From Diadema antillarum (lineage: Eukaryota): DNA of 64,000 bases. Numbering within the stretch: position 1 is the first letter of the stretch; each line of letters starts with the position of its first letter. The position numbers were made by a program, and so were the translations under genes. Positions 46,111 to 57,259 of this stretch are shown piece after piece. The stretch spans positions 6,324,001 through 6,388,000 of the forward strand of contig NW_027271017.1 of the NCBI RefSeq assembly GCF_040938485.1, given 5' to 3'. A model generated the notes under the pieces. The model made no database searches. It saw nothing but the letters and a program-made list of their open reading frames with translations, and was not told the DNA's origin.

Positions 46111-48363
46111 AACTCTATTTATATATATCGAATTGTACACAATGGAGACACTAGCCTATCGGATCACAATCTACTTTATCTCATAGTTTTCATGTGTGAT
46201 CATTCTTGCTATAGGGCCTAAAACGCTCAACAGCTTCCCTCTATCTGAATTTCCCCACGGCCTGAAATAAATTCAAAATCAACTGAAGAAAACTATTAAA
46301 CAACCATAAAATCCTCTAACCCAGTGCCATCTTGATTTCTTGTTCCCAATCAGTCTTTAGCCATTTGGAATTATGCTGCGCCAACAACAACAACTCAATA
46401 CACATTTGTATAGCTGTCATTTCACTTTTTTAATCCCCATAGTAAATTCGGCGTATAATGAAAACAATGATGATCGCATCGTCCGAGTTGCATCTTTTTT
46501 AAATTTGTTTTTCGGTTTCCAGCTTATCTTTTTCTTTTTCTTTTTGCTTACCGACCTGTTTGTTTGCTTATGTATATAATACTAATCAAAGTAACGTGCA
46601 CAGCACTGAATTGATTTGGCATTTCACGCTCAAGATGGTTTCTGTCAAGCTTTGGTCACGTTTACATCACGTATAAATTTCAGTCTCTCTCATCGTTGGA
46701 TTCGTGCAAGTTCTTATCGCTGTCCTCCTTTGGATATAATGAAGATTACTGTACCCTAAACGATGCCTATAATATTCAGTGTATCTGAAATGTTCTATCA
46801 CTCAACACTCATCCCCCCAAAAAAATAAATACAAAAGCTTCATATTTTATCACACATATTCTAGCTCAACTAATAGCAATTTAAATGTTATTTCACTGCA
46901 TAGCAGAAAAAGAAACAGGCAGGAGAGCATCATGCATAATATGCATGCAGCGGAGCAGGGAATGGCGGGGTGGGGGTTATGGTAAATCTTGCGAAATTTA
47001 GCAACAGTTCTCTTCCTTGCTATACATGTACCAATACGCAGAGTTGTCCATAATCATTAATATTGCAGCGTCGACATCTGAGAAAGACAGTCTTTCCTGT
47101 GGTAAATGACAGTTGGATAAAATGGATGGAGAGGGAAATCATCTCTTTGGGAGTATTATATATGAATCATGACGATCATAATAGTCTGTTTGCAATACAG
47201 AATACATTGTCTGTAAAAGGGGGTAATCTTACTGAGCAACAGTGTTTGCGCACCGTGCATGTTATGGGTAGCGAATTTTAGCAAATTTTAGGTTTTTATA
47301 GTCAATGTTTGTAAACATTTTGCAATAGATAATTAGTAAAGAGTTATACAGTGCAATCAAATTCGCATTTTCCCTAAACATAGTCGTTAACATGGAATTC
47401 GGAATGTATAAAGTCGTTGAGTTATTGTTTGGGCTTACGCAAAATTTTCAACTTTTATCATCCAAGAGCCCCTCCATTGAATAGATATTGAATATCTGAT
47501 GATCACAAAAAAGAGTTAAGAACCATTTTAAAACAGTTTAGAGTATAATGTCCATTATCAGATAGAGCAAAATTAAACCTGTCCAATTATACCTCACTAC
47601 ATTATTCTTGAAGTTAAGATTTTCAGAGTCCATCATTATTTCTTATTATGTTTCTCTTTTTTTAGCAAATCTGATAGCAAATGATATCTCAAATTGACAA
47701 GAATGGAGTTATCTTGTTTTGCTATGAATCTCTTCATATCATAATCAGATAGGAATATTGCAATATCTTATGAATAGATCAATAAAACATTTTATTTTCA
47801 CTTTATCTATTTAAATGTTCAATGCCTTGTCCAGAGAGTCCGGCGCTCCGCTGTATAAAACAGCCTGGCGTGATTTCTCTTTATATTCTATATTCTTTTA
47901 TGAGGAGTATTATAGGAGAGCTAACGGAAATGCCTTATCTTCTCATCGGTTCGCATTATGCAAACTCATAGAATACTAAAAAGTAAAAGGACATTTTAGT
48001 TGGTAAAAAAAATAAAGAGCCAGCATAGCAAGAAGGCTATCATAATAGGGCCAGTCCTTTAACAATCACTTACAGTACATTACGGATTTCACTATTTACA
48101 ATTTTAGAGGGTATTTTTAGAGCGTATTCTTAATTATCAGCGTGATCAGTGATATACGAATCAAGTAAAATTAATTTTCATCGAATGGGCTGCACGTACT
48201 CAAATTCTGCATGCACTGGACCTCGGTCAATGCACAAGCTTTGAGAGGGGAGACTTATTATGCGATTTATTGCATAACCCAATGAATATTATCAGTGTTG
48301 AGATAAGCAATGTGGAAATTAAACAAAACGCAAAATACTACTATAAGGGCTATGTCGTTCCTG

Positions 48364-48541
48364 GGGTCCGTTTCGTAAATATTGATCGTAAGATTGATCT
48401 TATACGATTACTGCAATTCCAAAAGTTACACTCGATATGCCATTAAGCTTCGGATGTCTTGCTTTAATTCAATCGTAATTATATTATTGTGAAACAGACA
48501 ATCAATATTGATCTTAATGTAACACTTTATGAAACAGGCCC
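48364..48541. mobile_element. PIF/Harbinger-like MITE, 178 bp, 3-bp TSD CTG
   Basis: CTG|GGGTCCGTTTCGTAAA ... TTTATGAAACAGGCCC|CTG. Confidence 0.75.
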
Positions 48542-48892
48542 CTGGTGTAGGAAGCCTAGGCCTACTAGTATTAAGAGATGATTATGCTTCATCTTGAGTT
48601 AACGATACCATTTTTTTTTTTTTAAATCCAGGGATTGTTGATGCTCAGGAACAAAGATTAAACAGTTGTCCACGTGTATAATTATTGTCTCCAATCTTTT
48701 TCTTTTTTTCTCTCCCTTTATATATATTTTTTTCACTGATGCAACACTTAAACTATAATCATGAACCCTCGGCAGAAATCTATTTTACTTTTTTAAGCTT
48801 TTGCTTTTCAACCCCGGTTTCAATTTTGAAAGCTGAAACTCATACTTTAAACGTAATGGTAATAGACAGGCCAACATAATCTTTTGGCTCAC

Positions 48893-49150
48893 CTGTAAAA
48901 TGAGCATTAGTTTTAAATATTCTAAAATTAAACTCGCTGTACACCACAAGGACTTCAGTTATCTTTTTCAGGTTGTGATTTTCCCATATTCGCCACTCCT
49001 CAAGATGGCTTGAGGTGAAAGTTTTTGAGCGGTAACAGCGACATGCATGCATTGATTGTTTCGATGCAAGTTTAGAGAGCGCTCTTCTCTTTTTCACAAC
49101 GCCGGCGCCGTAGACACAATGTGCTCGCTATGCAACGCGTGACCAGAGCG
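48893..49150 (-). other. Candidate divergent non-coding first exon from the RNMT promoter
   Basis: Consensus - strand donor CAG|gtgagc at 48892, lying downstream (on -) of the CpG-dense core. The 5' end is approximate. Confidence 0.4.
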
Positions 49151-49700
49151 GAGCGTACGGACCCCTTTGTGCACACGCATCCTATACCGGCGTAGCGTCC
49201 GTCCGCGGCTGTTGCGCGTCCGCAATATACCGCACCGTTTTATCACGCGTGTATTGTACAACACGTGTGTATCCGTCTTGGGGTCAATTTCAGCGAGAAA
49301 AGTCCGTGTAAAATTCCAAATTGCAAGAAAACAACAGAGGGCTACGCAAAAATGACAGGTACGTTATTTAGAATGATGTATATATATTAGACAACTGTGG
49401 CGATTGTATAAAAATATTTCTTTACAGCTCGGATCAAAGAGCCATCTTGCGAATTTGACAAACGACTACCGTGTTAGAATGGCGTAGTCCCATTTGTGAT
49501 ATTCAGTGTAAGCTCTGTTGTTGATCGTGTGTAGAATCTGGTCCTGTGTGATAGTGTGAAGATATTAGTGCATTAGTTTCTTGTTTCAACACTTTCATCG
49601 TAGGAATATAACATGCATATTTTGCTTTATTCAAATCACCACCATATCTAGAAATTTTTTTCAATGTTTCATGTTCTCAAGATGGCATGGCTTCCAGAGC
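48950..49700. promoter_or_regulatory. CpG-rich RNMT promoter, probably bidirectional, with three YY1-type CAAGATGGC cores
   Basis: Dense CpG at 49090-49350, just upstream of the candidate ATG. CAAGATGGC at 49001-49009 (+), 49441-49449 (-) and 49678-49686 (+). No obvious TATA box, as is typical of housekeeping promoters. Confidence 0.7.
49352..49358 (+). CDS. RNMT: RNMT candidate first coding exon (ATG ACA G, 7 coding nt)
   Basis: gcaaaa ATG ACA G|gtacgt at the edge of a CpG-rich promoter. Phase 1 joins the next exon to give M-T-D-S-T-T. Inferred from phase and context only. Confidence 0.6.
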
Positions 49701-50725
49701 AGAGCGAGAGTGAGACATCAACTTGTTTGAATTAGCATCTGCAAACCGCCGCATCAACTGAGTAGAGAAGATGAGGCGTCTCTTGTCATGCTTGTTGAAT
49801 GTTATCGTGTCCAGTCATGCAAAGTGCAGTGACACAGAGTGCAGTGTCTGAGTATATGAGATTCTCGATCTGTTTATTATTGTTGAGGAGACCTATTCTA
49901 TACACAACAGTCAAAATATGATTTGATTATGAATTGAGCATGGCATTTCCAGATGCAGACACAGACAGACAGTTGCATTTAGGTTTAGCATGTTTAGTGC
50001 ATAGTGATGTGAGTAACGAGAGCTATAGTATAGTTGATAGTCTACACCTGTTTTAATTTTTACACATGCACACGCATGTAGAATTGGTTGTAGTAATGAC
50101 GAGGCAAACCAGGGATCGTGGATAGATCTACAGATAGTACAGTATATACATGTACTTGTATGTATGTTCTTGGATAAGAAAAGAAAAGTAAAAAACCTGC
50201 ACCAGGGTTCAATCTCCCAACAGTCCCATGCCAAAATTCGACTCGCGCAAAAGTATAGGTTTCTAATGTAGCCGGAGGTCAAACCTTGGACGGCGTTTTG
50301 GTTGAATTATGGGCCACTTGGTACAAGCCATTACATTGAAGTTTTGACTAATCAGTGCCTAGTACGGTAATGGTTTTGTGCTGATTAGTTAAAACTACAA
50401 TGTTAAAATCTTTTGGGACCATAAGGCAGTGTTGAAACATTTAGAGCCATGAGAAGCCGTAGATTTCTACCTCAAGTCTCAATTCTGGCAAGACTTCCTT
50501 ATTCCCCCCACCCCACCACTTGCCGAATGTACAGGCCTGTATGTGACAGTGAGTGCTTGCATCCATATGTAAGCTAACAAGCGTAGGGTAGTGTACGTAC
50601 AATGGTATGGCAAAATGAGTGGTTGGGGGACAATCACATACTGTACAAGAAAAGAAGTCTTTTCCTCTATTATGGAAATGGAAAACTTGGCATTTCATGT
50701 CCTCTCCAAGTTGAATTTGATTTAA

Positions 50726-51282
50726 AGAACAAGTTCACCTTCATAGACATGTGGATTGAGTAAATGCAGCAAAATTAGTAGAACACATCAGTGAGAGTTT
50801 GAGGAAAATCGGACAATCCGTTTGAAAGTTATGAATTTTTGAGGTTTCTGCTTTAATAGTCACTGCTGGATGAGAAGACTACTACATGCACAGCTTCACA
50901 TGTGTACAACGATATAAAGAAAAAATAAAGAAATTCAAGGTATTTTCAGTTTTCTTGCATAATAAAAGAACACTCGACTTCCCTCTTTCAGAAGGCAAGG
51001 GGGAATAATATTACCCTTAACATTCGTCAGTGACGAGTCAAGGAAATGTGCACTTTTTTGTGAAATTTTCTTTATAAAACATATTCCTTATATCGTTGTA
51101 CGTGACATTATACACTGCAGTTACAAAGTAGTCTTCTCATCCAGCCGTGACTGTGCAGATACTTTAAACATTTTTGAACGGATTGAACAGATTGTCCGAT
51201 TTTACCCAAACTTTCACTGATGTGTTCTACTAATATTGCTGCATTCTCTCAATCTGCATGTATGTAAAGATGAACTTGTCCT
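50726..51282 (+). mobile_element. Kolobok/T2-type MITE, 557 bp (same family as 37634-38187)
   Basis: TTAA|AGAACAAGTTCACCTTCATAGACAT ... GATGAACTTGTCCT|TCAA (right TSD mutated). Colinear with the 37.6-kb copy. Confidence 0.85.
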
Positions 51283-51515
51283 TCAAAGAAGAAAAGTTGT
51301 ACATAGTATTGAAAGTTTGAATTAACTGAACATAGATTTATGAGTTTCAGGATTTACAGCTGTTTTTGAACCATTGATATTGGTCATGTTCTCATTTTGG
51401 CAAATAGTTTTACCTTTAGATTTTTTTGGCTCTTTAGTCATTTAAATACATGTACATTGTACATGCCATACACGTAAAATTACAATCATACTCATGATAC
51501 ACACAGATTAACATT

Positions 51516-51546
<31 letters not shown>

Positions 51547-53869
51547 TACTCAATTACAAACATTAGTCTAGTGCATAGTTGGTGTAGCTTGATGTGTGCA
51601 CATGTTCAGTTTTGATTAAAATTATATATGTACATTGCACTGATTTGTCGCATTATGTGCACTACAGATGTAGTTGTAGAATGCACTCGTGTACTCTTTT
51701 TGAAGTCTGAATTCTTTCTTATGCCATAATCTCCTGCGTGATAGCAAGCTCCCCACAATGATTTGGATATTTTTAGTCCGCTCATGATCATGTCATTGAT
51801 TTTTACACATTGAGTGCATTACTAGACTGTAGTAGTAATATAATACAAATGTACATATCCATGGTTATCCAAAAGAAAGACATGGGGGAGGGGGTTGGGG
51901 GAAGCATAGATATATAGTGTTCTCCTCAAATCTCCCATTGTTGTACATGTAGAATATGCTGGCACAGATGTCTATGGAAAGAATATCCCAAATCAATAGA
52001 AGGGTCATCTCTGGGTACAAACCAGTGTAGGATTTGACATGATACTGTATAAACATTGGGTGATTTCAAATCTGGTTCTATTGCTGGTGCTTATGTTATC
52101 TCAGAATGTAACAGCATGAAATTGAGCCCCAACACGGTTGTTAGGTAATGTTCAAATGATGCTGATCGCAACTACATACATGTACATATGTACAATGTAT
52201 GTATACCAGTGTTATCTTCACACCATTGCAAAGTCTGCATAGCACTGGAATTGCATGGGGGGAAAAAGTGATTGCGTTTGGTTGAAGTCAAGTATAAAAA
52301 TAGGCTGCCAGGAATGCTTTGTATCATGCAAATGATGTAAAAAAAAGAAGAATTTAATGCCATACATTTTTCTAACAACTCCAAAATATGTTGATGTTAA
52401 TTTTGCTCTCAGGCATAGATTTATGTAGCCTTGTCTAAAGTGTTAGCATACTTTCCACAGGCATATATTGCATTAGCATGTAGGCTATGCATGTACAACA
52501 TGCTTGATGTGAGTTCGGACAACATGCATCCATGGATGAGAATGTTGGTATCACACTTTTGTAGAGCATTGCTAGCACCAACATCAAATCTGAAATTACA
52601 AGTTTAATAATCCTTTGGGTATTGCTAGGGGATGGTGTTTATAGCCAATGGGGAAAAAAGCCCATGTACAAGTGTATGATGTACCAATTGTACAGTGTAA
52701 AGCGGCAACAAGAATAGTAGAGCTTGATTTACTAGACACCATTCAACTACGGGCCCATCACGAGCTTGCTGGAACTACACTGTACATTGTGTACATCAAT
52801 GTTGTGGTGAACCTGCCAACACTGATTGATATCAAGATCAGGATTCTCGCTGGTGCTAGTGTTGAGCTCTAACACTAGCACCAAACTTGAAATCACCCAT
52901 TGTACTATATGTAAGGATCACATGTCTGTGCAGAAGTGTCTTTCCACATGTGTAGTACAGTATGTCCGTGTATACATACATGTGTGTACACATTGTACAT
53001 GTGTACATGTACAAATGTATGTTCTCCGTTGTACATGTTTGCACATGTGGTACAGGGCATGTTCAAGTTGTACTGAGTAAGTTTTCAGTGCATGTGCATT
53101 GTACAAGTGTGTGTGTCAAACCGTGCTTACAGCGTACTGTATGTGTACAAATGTAAGTGGGTTGGACGTACTGTAATGTCTCTCTAAAACTGTATCAGAT
53201 TAGAGGTCACTTATTTTTACAGTTCTTTACCATCATTAGATGAAAAGAAACAAAGCATACTAAATTCTGAGGATTGTGCTTGTGTGTGTTGAAATGACCT
53301 ACAATGCCAATGCGGTTTATGTTTTGCTTGTTCTAGTTTCTTTGGTTCATATAGACTTCATACACATGACAGCCTATTGATTCTGCAATGTCCATGCATT
53401 ACTAACATGCATTTGATTCTATGGCATGTAGTGCTGTGCAATGTGAATTACATTTATTTTGTACATCGGTGCTAAACTATCTCTCTATATGTCTGGGTTT
53501 ATTTTTATACATCATGTAGCCCACAGTCCACTGCATTAGCAGTGATGTGCTGTGCTGTGATTTTCAAGTTTTATTCAATTCATCATGTAAAACTGTACAG
53601 CTTCTTGTACATGTACGTACAGCTTCTTGTACATGTACAACTACACTACACTTTACATGCACAGCAATGCAAACAGTTACATGTAGTGTACATATGTTGT
53701 ACATGTACTGTACTTTGTATGGTCACTCTTGTTCATAACAGCGGCCACCATGAATAAACTGGTAAGAACTTTATGCAAGATTTTACCTGTATCAAAGTAA
53801 TTGTACATCTTTACCTCCATTTTGTGTGAAATACATGTTCATACAATTTCACGCTTACGATGGGTTAGT

Positions 53870-54273
53870 GTGGGACATTTCTTGGTTGAGATGAGGATTC
53901 AGCTTTTAACTTTTTGCAAGATATTTAGAAACTACTTTATCAAATGTTTAATAAAGAGCATACAATTCTAGGAGGAATTCAAACTTTTTTTGATGAAACT
54001 CAGTTTTTAAATGGCTAAGATATCCAAAAGCAGAGTAAAACAAAGCAATACCGGTACCAGTAAAAGGTGGGCCCTGCATGCACCTTTTGCTAGGATTGCT
54101 TTGTTTTGGATATCTCGGCCATTTCAAAAACAATTTTCATCAAATATACTTTGAATTCCTCTTAAAATAATATGCTCTTTCATGTTTCACAAGAGGTTTC
54201 TCATCTCAAGGAATCATCATCAAACAACATTGGAAACCTGAAGCTCCATCTCAACCGAAACTATGTCATCCCT
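53870..54273 (-). mobile_element. Kolobok/T2-type MITE (family of 56645-57026, opposite orientation), left end eroded
   Basis: Right end CTATGTCATCCCT|TTAA. Its reverse complement aligns with 56645 onward (GAGAAACCTCTT...GAAAGAGCAT...GAGGAATTCAA...GAGATATCCAAAA). Confidence 0.75.
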
Positions 54274-54277
54274 TTAA

Positions 54278-54594
54278 AGGGGATGGCTAGTAACTGATCA
54301 GTGGGAATGCTGGGGGATGATTGTTCCAATCCTTGTGGGATTCATTTAAGAGTACATTATATATCTATTGTGTGAAAATTATTTGCTTCAGTAACGATCG
54401 CCCCGTCACTGTACAGGCATGCTAACCTGGAAACATTAAACTGCACATTACTTGAATATGAACCATTCTGAAGCAAATAATTTTCACACAACAATAGATA
54501 TATAATGTACTCTTAAATGAATCCCACAAGGATTGGAACAATCATCCCCCAGCATTCCCACTGATTCCCACTGATCAGTTACTAGCCATCCCCT
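54278..54594. mobile_element. Young Kolobok/T2-type fold-back MITE, 317 bp
   Basis: TTAA at 54274-77 and 54595-98. Arms 54278-54391 and 54468-54594 are exact reverse complements apart from a 10-bp and a 3-bp duplication in the right arm. Confidence 0.92.
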
Positions 54595-54789
54595 TTAAAT
54601 GAGAGATTCTCTCTTTGAGCATGTTGCAACGACATGCTGAAACCCCTCATGGACCACCCTATTACCTATCTTGATATACATTGTAACAAACTTTCGTCAA
54701 ATTAGATATCCATTCAAGGATAAAAGAAAAAAATGTGTTGTGTTCTAATGCCTCCCTTGCACTGTACCTCTCACACATGACCTTTGCAG

Positions 54790-54944
54790 ACAGTACCACA
54801 GCAGCAGCAGCCGAGGCAGCAGTAGAGGAGAAGATGGAGGAGACGCCTGCTGCCGCCGCCGAGGAGGAGACCAAGGCAGAGACTTCTGAGGCCGGAGGAG
54901 ACAAGCCACAGACAGCTGGGGAGACCTCGACGGAGAAGAAACCA
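54790..54944 (+). CDS. RNMT: RNMT exon 2 (acidic, Ala-rich N-terminal region)
   Basis: Acceptor cctttgcag|, donor CCA|gtgagt. Reads (D)STTAAAAEAAVEEKMEETPAAAAEEETKAETSEAGGDKPQTAGETSTEKKP and ends in phase 0, matching exon 3. Confidence 0.8.
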
Positions 54945-54974
54945 GTGAGTGCACCAGCACAGTCCAACTTTAGT

Positions 54975-55145
54975 CAGGGCTGCAGGCTAACCCATTTTTT
55001 TTTTTCTACTGGTCTGACTTGTTTGTCGGGCCAGTAGGTATCCAGTTTTTCCATATTTTACTGGTCCATTCCTGAAGAAGTTACTGGGCTGACAATGAAT
55101 TTTACTGGTCAGGGTTCGTCAGACCTGTGCCAGTGTGCAGCGCTG
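54975..55145. mobile_element. 171-bp MITE with a 7-bp TSD CTTTAGT (P- or hAT-like, superfamily uncertain)
   Basis: TIRs CAGGGCTGCA / TGCAGCGCTG; CTTTAGT at 54968-74 and 55146-52; repeated internal TACTGG/CCAGT. Confidence 0.75.
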
Positions 55146-56144
55146 CTTTAGTTACATGTATTTAATTCAGTTAAGTTCAGTTTATTTGGCGCTAGAAATC
55201 AAAAGATACATTATGTACATACATATTAAAGAAACAACAACAACAACAATTTGTATTCATGTACGTACATGCTCATGTGATAACAACTTAGAGTTGGGAC
55301 CAATGTGAACCAACTAGCATATGTAAATGGGGCCCAAAACAGTCCAGCCATGTCATGACTGGAGCCCATCTGGATAAGTGATATTGCTACATGTAGGAGA
55401 GTGAGATGTACTTGAGCATGGCACTTTGAAGCAAGTTGTGTCAGGCTTTACATAGGGAATTGTTAATGTACAATTCACTACAATGATTTACAGGATATTT
55501 GCATGTTTCATAATTCAAATAATGTGGACATGAAATGGAAAAAAAAAAATGTGTTTGTATGAGTGGAAATACACCTTCCTCTTGACCTTTGTTCCTTCCA
55601 CCCAAATGTATATTCTAAAGTTTACTTGCACTCACACAAACAAATACAATCCCATACACATACCAACACACAGCATACACATACAAACATGAGCATTCGC
55701 CCCCCATGTGAATGTATCCAGTTACCTTTTGACTCTAACGTATCACGAACAAAGCATTATCTTCTATAGCCAACTTAGAAAGGAGAAAATTGAAAAATGC
55801 ACCAGAGTGATTACGATGTAGTAGGAGGTCAATGTGTTTTGCAGGTGTCACAACTGTAAATACCAGTACATTGAATGGAAAAGCTTGAACATGCATTGTA
55901 ATTCATTGGTTTCCATATGCAAGATAATAAATTTTTAGTTCTAGTTGCAGTAAATAATGTACAAACCTGATGCTGCTGAGATCACGTACTCATTACAAAA
56001 CATTAGGAGGGAACAATTCTTGGATAGACGTGCTTACTGCAAAAGAATTTTGAAGACTTCATTGAAGATTTGATCTTTAAAATGACACAATGGAGAATCA
56101 AAATTTGACTTGTAAATTCTTCTTACACTGTGTTTATCCCGTAG

Positions 56145-56255
56145 GGCATGTCTGGCACTGTTGCCAAGCACTACAATGACCTGAGGGAGGGCACCGTGTT
56201 CGACAGGACCAGGAGCAGAATCTACTACCAGCGCAACTTCAACAACTGGATCAAG
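56145..56255 (+). CDS. RNMT: RNMT exon 3
   Basis: ttatcccgtag| ... AAG|gtgagc. Reads GMSGTVAKHYNDLREGTVFDRTRSRIYYQRNFNNWIK, the cap N7-methyltransferase motif VAxHYN...RxFNNWxK. Confidence 0.95.
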
Positions 56256-56644
56256 GTGAGCAAAATGAATTGTGGATGGCGGGACGCTGGAATATAGAAG
56301 GTGCCAAATATGACAGTGAGGAAGACCCTCAGAGATGCATTGAAGTTGTCAATATGTCATTTGGGTTGGATAATATGTCCTATAACTACTCCAAGGGAAT
56401 TTGAAGAGCCCAATACAGCTCCCAGCTAACACAATTTTCATCTGGGTTATTGTAACAAGGCTATATTCTTTGGAGTACCAAGATTTAATAGACAATTGGA
56501 TTCCTGTGCTTGAATTTGCAGTTCAGGTAGAAGAAAAAAAAAAAAAGTCAACATGATGACCTTAGAATCTCTTGTATGACAAACATAGTGAGGTGGCATA
56601 AAAGCATGGAATTTGAGTAGTGATCCAGCCACAATTCCTGTTAA

Positions 56645-57026
56645 AGGGATGGTATAGTTATGGTTGAGACCTGATTTCAGGTTTCTAACTTTTTTTGGTG
56701 AGATAATGAGAAACCTCTTATGAAATATGAAAGAGCATGTAGTTCTATGAGGAATTCAACATTTATTTGATGAAAATTGGTTTTGAAATGGCTGAGATAT
56801 CCAAAAAAGAACAATTCTTACAAAGTGTGGGACCCACACTTCATTATGATCGCTTTCTTTTACTTTGTTTTTGGATGTTTCAGTCATTCCACACCCGATT
56901 TGAATCAAATAAATGTTGAATTCCTCTTAAAATGGTATGCTCTGTACTATATCACAAGTGTTTTCTTGGTATCTCGCAAAAAGTTAAAAGCCCAATTCTC
57001 ACCTCCACCAATACTGAACCGTCCCT
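56645..57026 (+). mobile_element. Kolobok/T2-type MITE, 382 bp, TTAA TSD
   Basis: TTAA|AGGGATGGTATAGTTATGGTTGAG ... CCAATACTGAACCGTCCCT|TTAA with an imperfectly palindromic body. Confidence 0.85.
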
Positions 57027-57259
57027 TTAACTAATAACTCAAGCTTTCAGTTTCGTATTGGCAGCTCAAGGCCACGTTGAGTACTGTGTATTCACATTTA
57101 TTTACTAAATTCACTTTCAATGATATCATGGAAGCTCCCCGCACACACTCATACAGAGTTCCATGCTCTGCTGTTTTGCCCCTAACATAAACTAAAGTGT
57201 TTGGCACACCATAAACACCACATTGTAATGATGCAGAATGCAGGCCTAGTTGATGTCAA

